Shown here piece by piece: positions 59,191 to 64,000 of a stretch of 64,000 nt of DNA. The notes below the pieces were generated by a model that was not told the origin of the DNA, did no database searches, and saw only the letters and a list, made by a program, of their open reading frames with translations. The DNA comes from an uncultured Nitrospiraceae bacterium. Lineage in GTDB: Bacteria; Nitrospirota; Thermodesulfovibrionia; Thermodesulfovibrionales; SM23-35. The position numbers and the translations under genes were made by a program. Position 1 is the first letter of the stretch, and every line of letters starts with the position of its first letter. Where the stretch lies: assembly GCA_937138415.1 (NCBI GenBank), contig CAKZPA010000040.1, forward strand, positions 9-64,008, in the 5' to 3' direction.

Positions 59191-60975
59191 GTGAACACGT
59201 CTCGATCATTCTCAGCGATTCCCCCGAAGCCCGGCGTCTATCTGTTCAAGGACTCGCGAGAGAAGGTCCTCTACGTCGGAAAAGCAAAAAACCTCCGAAG
59301 TCGCGTCCGGTCTTATTTCGCGGAGCGCTCGGCGCTCGACCCACGAAAGTCCTCGATGATGAAGCACGTCGCCGATTTCTCCTATGTGGTCACGGCGAAC
59401 GAACTCGAGGCCTACGTCCTCGAGGCGAACCTGATCAAGCAACACAGGCCGCGGTTCAACATCGTCCTGCGGGACGACAAGAATTACCCCTACCTGAAAC
59501 TCACCGTGCGGGATGAATGGCCGTATATCGACGTCGTGCGGAAAATCAAGGACGATGGCGCGCTCTATTTCGGGCCGTATGTGCCCGCGGGCGCCATGCG
59601 TGACATTCTCGACTTCGTGAGGAGGAACTTCCAGATACGCCATTGCCGCTTTTCACTCGAGAAGGCGATGAAGCCGTGCATCCAATTTCAGATGGGGCGA
59701 TGCTGTGCGCCGTGCACGGGGCGGGTGCGCCGAGAAGAGTACGCGAGAGTAGTCGAGGAAGTGCGGCTCTTCCTGAAAGGAGCGAAGCGAGATCTGCTCA
59801 GGGCCCTCGAAGAGAAGATGACGGGGCTCTCGGAAGAGATGCGCTACGAGGAAGCGGCAAAGGTGCGCGACAAGATACGTGCGATCGAGAGAGCGATGGA
59901 ATCCCAGAAGATCGTCGCGCCGGAACTGCGGGACAGCGACGTGATCGGCTTTTACCGGGGGGAGCGCGTCGCGGCCTTTACGGTCTTCTTCGTCCGCCAT
60001 GGCGCGATGGTGGGATCCGCAGACTTCCGGGTGCACGTCTCGCCCGCTTTCACGGACGGGGAAGCGCTCCGCATGTTCATGCAGCAGTTCTATTCAAGGG
60101 ATGTGGTGCCTCCTGCCGAAGTGCTCGCGCCTCTTGTCCCGGAGGATGTTCGCGGACTGGAGCGCTGGCTTTCCGGGCGGGCGGGAAGGAACGTGATCAT
60201 TGCGAGGCCGCAGAAGGGAAAGAAGAGAGAATTGGTCGAAATGGCGGGAGAGAATGCATTCTTTGTCCACGTGCGCACCGTCCCCTCGCCCGAAGAGGTT
60301 CTGAATGAGGTACGGCATCGTCTCCGTCTCACGCGCAGTCCTCGCAGTATCGGCGCCCTCGATATCTCGAACATAGCGGGCAGCGAGGCGGTCGGTGCGT
60401 TCGTCCGCTGGGAGGACGGCGCATTCACGAGAGACCGGTACCGGAGGGTGCGGATCAGAACAGTGAAAGGGATCGACGACTATGCCATGATGCGCGAGGT
60501 GACGGAACGCATGATCGCACACCTCGGTGGCAACCTTCCCGATGTGCTTGTCATAGACGGCGGGGCAGGACACCTCGATGTGGTGGAGAAGGTGATCGCG
60601 GCGCATCGGAGCGCACTGGAGAGCATCCCTGATCTCGTCGCGATCGCGAAAGGGCCTGATCGCGCCTTCGTTCCGGGATCCAATGAGGCGATCGATCTCG
60701 AAGACCGGAGCGCCTCGTCGCTCCTCCTCAAGAGTATTCGTGACGAAGCGCACCGCGCGGCTGTCGGCTACCACAGAAAAGTGCGGGGTAAGGCGCTCCT
60801 GACGTCGCGCCTCGAGGGGATCAAAGGCATCGGGAAAAGGAGGAGGCTGGAACTCCTGCGGGCGTTCGGTAGCATCGGGGAGATCAAAAATGCTACCATC
60901 GAAGCCATCGCCGGTCTCAAAGGATTCAACAGACGTCTTGCGGAACATCTCATGAAAGAATTGGAGAGTGGATGA
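59191..60975 (+). CDS. uvrC: Excinuclease ABC subunit C
   Basis: GIY-YIG PGVY...YVGKAKNL, UVR motif, DISN, IDGG, IRDEAHR, HhH. Confidence 0.97.
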   Translation: MNTSRSFSAIPPKPGVYLFKDSREKVLYVGKAKNLRSRVRSYFAERSALDPRKSSMMKHVADFSYVVTANELEAYVLEANLIKQHRPRFNIVLRDDKNYPYLKLTVRDEWPYIDVVRKIKDDGALYFGPYVPAGAMRDILDFVRRNFQIRHCRFSLEKAMKPCIQFQMGRCCAPCTGRVRREEYARVVEEVRLFLKGAKRDLLRALEEKMTGLSEEMRYEEAAKVRDKIRAIERAMESQKIVAPELRDSDVIGFYRGERVAAFTVFFVRHGAMVGSADFRVHVSPAFTDGEALRMFMQQFYSRDVVPPAEVLAPLVPEDVRGLERWLSGRAGRNVIIARPQKGKKRELVEMAGENAFFVHVRTVPSPEEVLNEVRHRLRLTRSPRSIGALDISNIAGSEAVGAFVRWEDGAFTRDRYRRVRIRTVKGIDDYAMMREVTERMIAHLGGNLPDVLVIDGGAGHLDVVEKVIAAHRSALESIPDLVAIAKGPDRAFVPGSNEAIDLEDRSASSLLLKSIRDEAHRAAVGYHRKVRGKALLTSRLEGIKGIGKRRRLELLRAFGSIGEIKNATIEAIAGLKGFNRRLAEHLMKELESG

Positions 60976-61907
60976 TGGATGTGTACGTTTCGGGCTCGCT
61001 GGCCTATGACAGGATCATGGATTTTCCGGGTAAGTTTTCCGATTACATCCTCCCGGACAAGATACACATTCTCAACGTCTGTTTCAATGTGAATGGAATC
61101 GCGGAAAAATTCGGCGGCACGGCGGGCAACATCGCGTACACACTTAGTCTCCTCGGTGTGACGCCGCTTATTCTCGCGACGATCGGCAGGGACTACGAAC
61201 AGTATTTCTCGTGGCTCCGTCGACACGAGATACCGGTCGACACGATTCGGGTGATACCGAACGAACTGACCGCCGGAGCGTACATTACCACGGACATGGC
61301 GGACAACCAAATTACGGGGTTCAATCCGGGAGCGATGAGACATCCTTCAGGCTTTCGGTTCGACGGGGAGGACCCCACACAATCCATCGTCTTGATCGCG
61401 CCCGGCAATCTCGATGACATGGCTGATTACGCGGCGCAATGCAGGTCGCGCGGGATCCCGTACATCTGCGACCCCGGCCAGTCTCTCACGAAATGGGACG
61501 GTGACTCGCTGAAAAACTGGCTCGGCGGCTCCATGGTGCTCATCACGAATGATTACGAACTCGAAATTATCATGAAATTAAGCGGTTTGGGCAAAGTTGA
61601 ACTCCTCGGACTGACGGGCTGCGTGATTACGACGGTGGGGGAAAAGGGGGCGATCGTCACGACGCGTTCGGAAGAAATACGTATTCCCGCGGTTCCCGCG
61701 GAGCGCGTCGTCGACCCGACAGGTGCCGGCGACGCATTTCGCGCTGGCTTACTGAAGGGGATCGTCAGCGGTAAGGATATCCAGGCGTCTGCCCGCATTG
61801 GCGCCGTCGCTGCGGCCTACGCTGTCGAACAGTACGGTACGCAGGAGCATTACTTCCTGTACGAAGAGTTTCTCGAACGGTACAGGAGACACTTTGGTAA
61901 GTTGTGA
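60972..61907 (+). CDS. PfkB family carbohydrate/nucleoside kinase
   Basis: GSLAYD, GGTAGNIAY, DPGQ, NDYE and DPTGAGDAFRAG motifs. Confidence 0.92.
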   Translation: MMDVYVSGSLAYDRIMDFPGKFSDYILPDKIHILNVCFNVNGIAEKFGGTAGNIAYTLSLLGVTPLILATIGRDYEQYFSWLRRHEIPVDTIRVIPNELTAGAYITTDMADNQITGFNPGAMRHPSGFRFDGEDPTQSIVLIAPGNLDDMADYAAQCRSRGIPYICDPGQSLTKWDGDSLKNWLGGSMVLITNDYELEIIMKLSGLGKVELLGLTGCVITTVGEKGAIVTTRSEEIRIPAVPAERVVDPTGAGDAFRAGLLKGIVSGKDIQASARIGAVAAAYAVEQYGTQEHYFLYEEFLERYRRHFGKL

Positions 61908-62974
61908 TCAACGAGAATGCGATAAAATCGTACCTGCTCCGCGCTTTTCCGCAAGCGCGCTCGATCGATATCAGAAGGCTCGGGTCCGGTGTCCAGGGCT
62001 CCGGGTTCCTCGTGGAGGTGGAGACTCCTGAAGGCATCGTGCCGTATGTCGTCAAAACGTTGCTCTCCGAAGGACTCGGGCATGACTATCCCTCCGACAG
62101 AGCGGCCGTATTCCTCCTCGATCTCGATGAATTCAAGAATTTACCGAGGCACGTGAAGGCGATCGACGTTTTTTCCGAAATGGAGGATGGCTCCATTCGC
62201 TCGATTGGCGGCGGTCGAGAATACTACTTGCTGATGGAGCGAGGGGAGGGCATTTCGTATTTCGAGGACTTGAAATCGTTTGCGCAGAAAGACCGCCTTG
62301 GCGTGCTCGACAGAGAGAGGATTGTTGCGATGGCCGCCTACCTTGCCGGCATCCATAGCGTCAAAAAAGATTCACCGACGCTCTACAGGAGGAAGCTGCG
62401 GGATACGGTCGGCCACGGAGAGTGCCTGATGGGTGTCTTCGACACATATCCTGACGGGGTGCTCGACGACGGAACAATGTCACTTATTATAACAAAATCA
62501 ATTGAGTGGATAATAAGACTTAAACCAAAATATAATCGTTTATCCCAGATCCATGGGGATTTTCATCCCGGCAATATCTGGTTCAAAGACGCAACAACTG
62601 ATTCGGGTTCCACGGATGCGGTGGACTTTATCCTCCTCGATAGGAGTCGCGGCCCGTGGGGAGAGCCTGCCGATGACGTCACCGCGCTCGCCATCAATTA
62701 TATTTTCTTCTCCCTCCTCAACCATGGGGACGTGAGAGGCGCCTATGGCGAAGGCTTCCGTCTCTTCTTCGATGAGTATATCACGCGAACCGGCGACCGA
62801 GAGATTACGTCCGTAGTGGCGCCCTTCTTCGCGTTTCGAGGTGCAGTTATCGCAAATCCCATATTTTATCCCGAAGTATCGCCATCCCAGAGGGAGTCCA
62901 TTTTTCGCTTTGTGCTGAATGTGCTCGATGACGAGGCGTTCCGGTACGAATCGGTGGATGCGTATTTACGGTGA
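61904..62974 (+). CDS. Aminoglycoside phosphotransferase (APH)-like kinase
   Basis: Brenner motif HGDFHPGNI and LLDRSRG.WGEPADD. Confidence 0.85.
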   Translation: MINENAIKSYLLRAFPQARSIDIRRLGSGVQGSGFLVEVETPEGIVPYVVKTLLSEGLGHDYPSDRAAVFLLDLDEFKNLPRHVKAIDVFSEMEDGSIRSIGGGREYYLLMERGEGISYFEDLKSFAQKDRLGVLDRERIVAMAAYLAGIHSVKKDSPTLYRRKLRDTVGHGECLMGVFDTYPDGVLDDGTMSLIITKSIEWIIRLKPKYNRLSQIHGDFHPGNIWFKDATTDSGSTDAVDFILLDRSRGPWGEPADDVTALAINYIFFSLLNHGDVRGAYGEGFRLFFDEYITRTGDREITSVVAPFFAFRGAVIANPIFYPEVSPSQRESIFRFVLNVLDDEAFRYESVDAYLR

Positions 62975-63640
62975 GAAGCGGATATAGTTTTCCCAGTAGG
63001 ACAGGAGTTCGCCCGTCGCTCTGAGATCGCGAACACAGTATCGCGCGATATCGAGGCATCTCCCGGACTTAAACAAGTCCTTTACCTCAAGACCCGTAAC
63101 ACCTTCTGATTTTGGGCTTTTTATTCCGAAAGCCTTGCACCACATGTCGAGGCTGAACTTTCGCCGAGAAGCACCGTAAAAAGTCAACTGATCCAACAGA
63201 TCTATGTGTATGTCCGCGTACCGGTTGGGCATCAGGTCGCGCGTGGGTTTTATCTTATTGATGGCACTCCGAACGAGGATAAAGGGGCAGTCAAAACTCC
63301 TGCCGTTGAATGTAATGAATTGTTTGTATCGGGGTATGATATCCCAGAATTTTCCGATGATCTCCGCTTCCGTTCCGGTTTCGAACACGATACCGTCTTC
63401 CTCGAAGGGGAGCAAGGGCTCGCCAGTGGTTTGGAAAAAGACGAAACCTTTTTGCGAGTCGGGTTCGAGGAGACCGATCGCCACGATTTGGGCGGTGAGG
63501 GGATAAAAGGATAAGCGATCTTTCATTTCCTCTTTTTCGTCGTCCGTTTCCGCGTATTTGAGGAAGTATTCCTGTGTTCGCCTATCGAGGGATTCGAAAT
63601 CTTGAGCGTAGGTCTCGATGTCAACGATAACTTTCGACAT
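62966..63640 (-). CDS. DEDD 3'-5' exonuclease (PolB-exo/RNase H-like)
   Basis: DIET, ITFNGRSFD, HIDL and YCVRD motifs; start at ATG 63640. Confidence 0.88.
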   Translation of the reverse strand: MSKVIVDIETYAQDFESLDRRTQEYFLKYAETDDEKEEMKDRLSFYPLTAQIVAIGLLEPDSQKGFVFFQTTGEPLLPFEEDGIVFETGTEAEIIGKFWDIIPRYKQFITFNGRSFDCPFILVRSAINKIKPTRDLMPNRYADIHIDLLDQLTFYGASRRKFSLDMWCKAFGIKSPKSEGVTGLEVKDLFKSGRCLDIARYCVRDLRATGELLSYWENYIRFSP

Positions 63641-63761
63641 GCAATTGATATTATATAGGGAATGCGCTGCGGTTTTCCAAAAAAGGGAGTCTATCCCGAA
63701 AAGAGGAGCGGAGTGAAGCGACATTGCGCTCAATGCATTGAAATATCATCAAAATATGGTA

Positions 63762-63777
63762 TGGCATGGAAACTGCT
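63762..63777 (+). promoter_or_regulatory. Sigma-54 (-24/-12) promoter
   Basis: TGGCATGGAAACTGCT has GG-N10-GC spacing and an AT-rich upstream tract. Confidence 0.65.
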
Positions 63778-63849
63778 TATGTGGTGACGACGCATAGCAG
63801 AACGGAGAATGGAAACGGTGACCAAAAGAACGCGATGGGGAGGTCGGAT

Positions 63850-64000
63850 ATGAAAAAGTGGAAATGGATAGGAATCGGTCTCGTCTTTTTGATTCTCGCC
63901 GCGTCGTTCCCGGCCGCTGCGGAGGAAGTCGGGACCGCGCGTCTCAGTCTGATCGAAGGAGACGTTGTCGTCCTTACCCCGGATACCGACGATGAATGGG
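63850..64000 (+). CDS. Exported FecR-like domain protein (partial, N-terminus)
   Basis: SD GGAGG; MKKWKWIGIGLVFLILAASFPAAA signal peptide, then ARLSLIEGDV...DDEW. Confidence 0.65.
   Translation, partial: MKKWKWIGIGLVFLILAASFPAAAEEVGTARLSLIEGDVVVLTPDTDDEW

Noticed and set aside
5881-63733. ORF-track starts for panD, site-2 protease, rnfG, rnfD, hemH, carbonic anhydrase and the exonuclease
   Set aside because: The upstream extensions overlap neighbouring genes or promoters; starts were moved to the family-consistent codons.

Overview
Bacterial chromosomal window, GC-rich by eye (not computed). Gene content and order suggest an anaerobic Nitrospirota (Thermodesulfovibrionia-like) or Desulfobacterota-like genome; this is inference only. 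It begins at what looks like the left end of an IS256-family element. Housekeeping genes: panB, panD, tRNA-Ala(GGC), rplI-dnaB, rplU-rpmA-obgE, tyrS, hemE-hemH, hflX, atpBE, PBP1A, dnaE-accA-uvrC. Other modules: a complete rnfCDGEAB cluster, a TetR-headed TolC/RND/EmrAB efflux region and a HEPN-MNT pair. Three stretches are visibly decayed: a second MNT-HEPN remnant, a MacAB-type ABC exporter, and a GntR/TauE/USP operon whose sigma-54-like promoter has also lost its -24 GG. Best leads: (1) a CysRS paralog with a remodelled Zn site and no anticodon domain; (2) a HEAT-repeat/HD-GYP gene pair sharing an unannotated N-terminal domain; (3) an Rnf complex apparently co-transcribed with heme genes, whose RnfE lacks one Cys ligand of the membrane Fe-S site; (4) hflX apparently starting at ATC; (5) an FKBP/SlyD-TPR-glycosyltransferase fusion. 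No CRISPR array, rRNA or prophage was seen. All family calls come from recalled motifs; no database searches were run.
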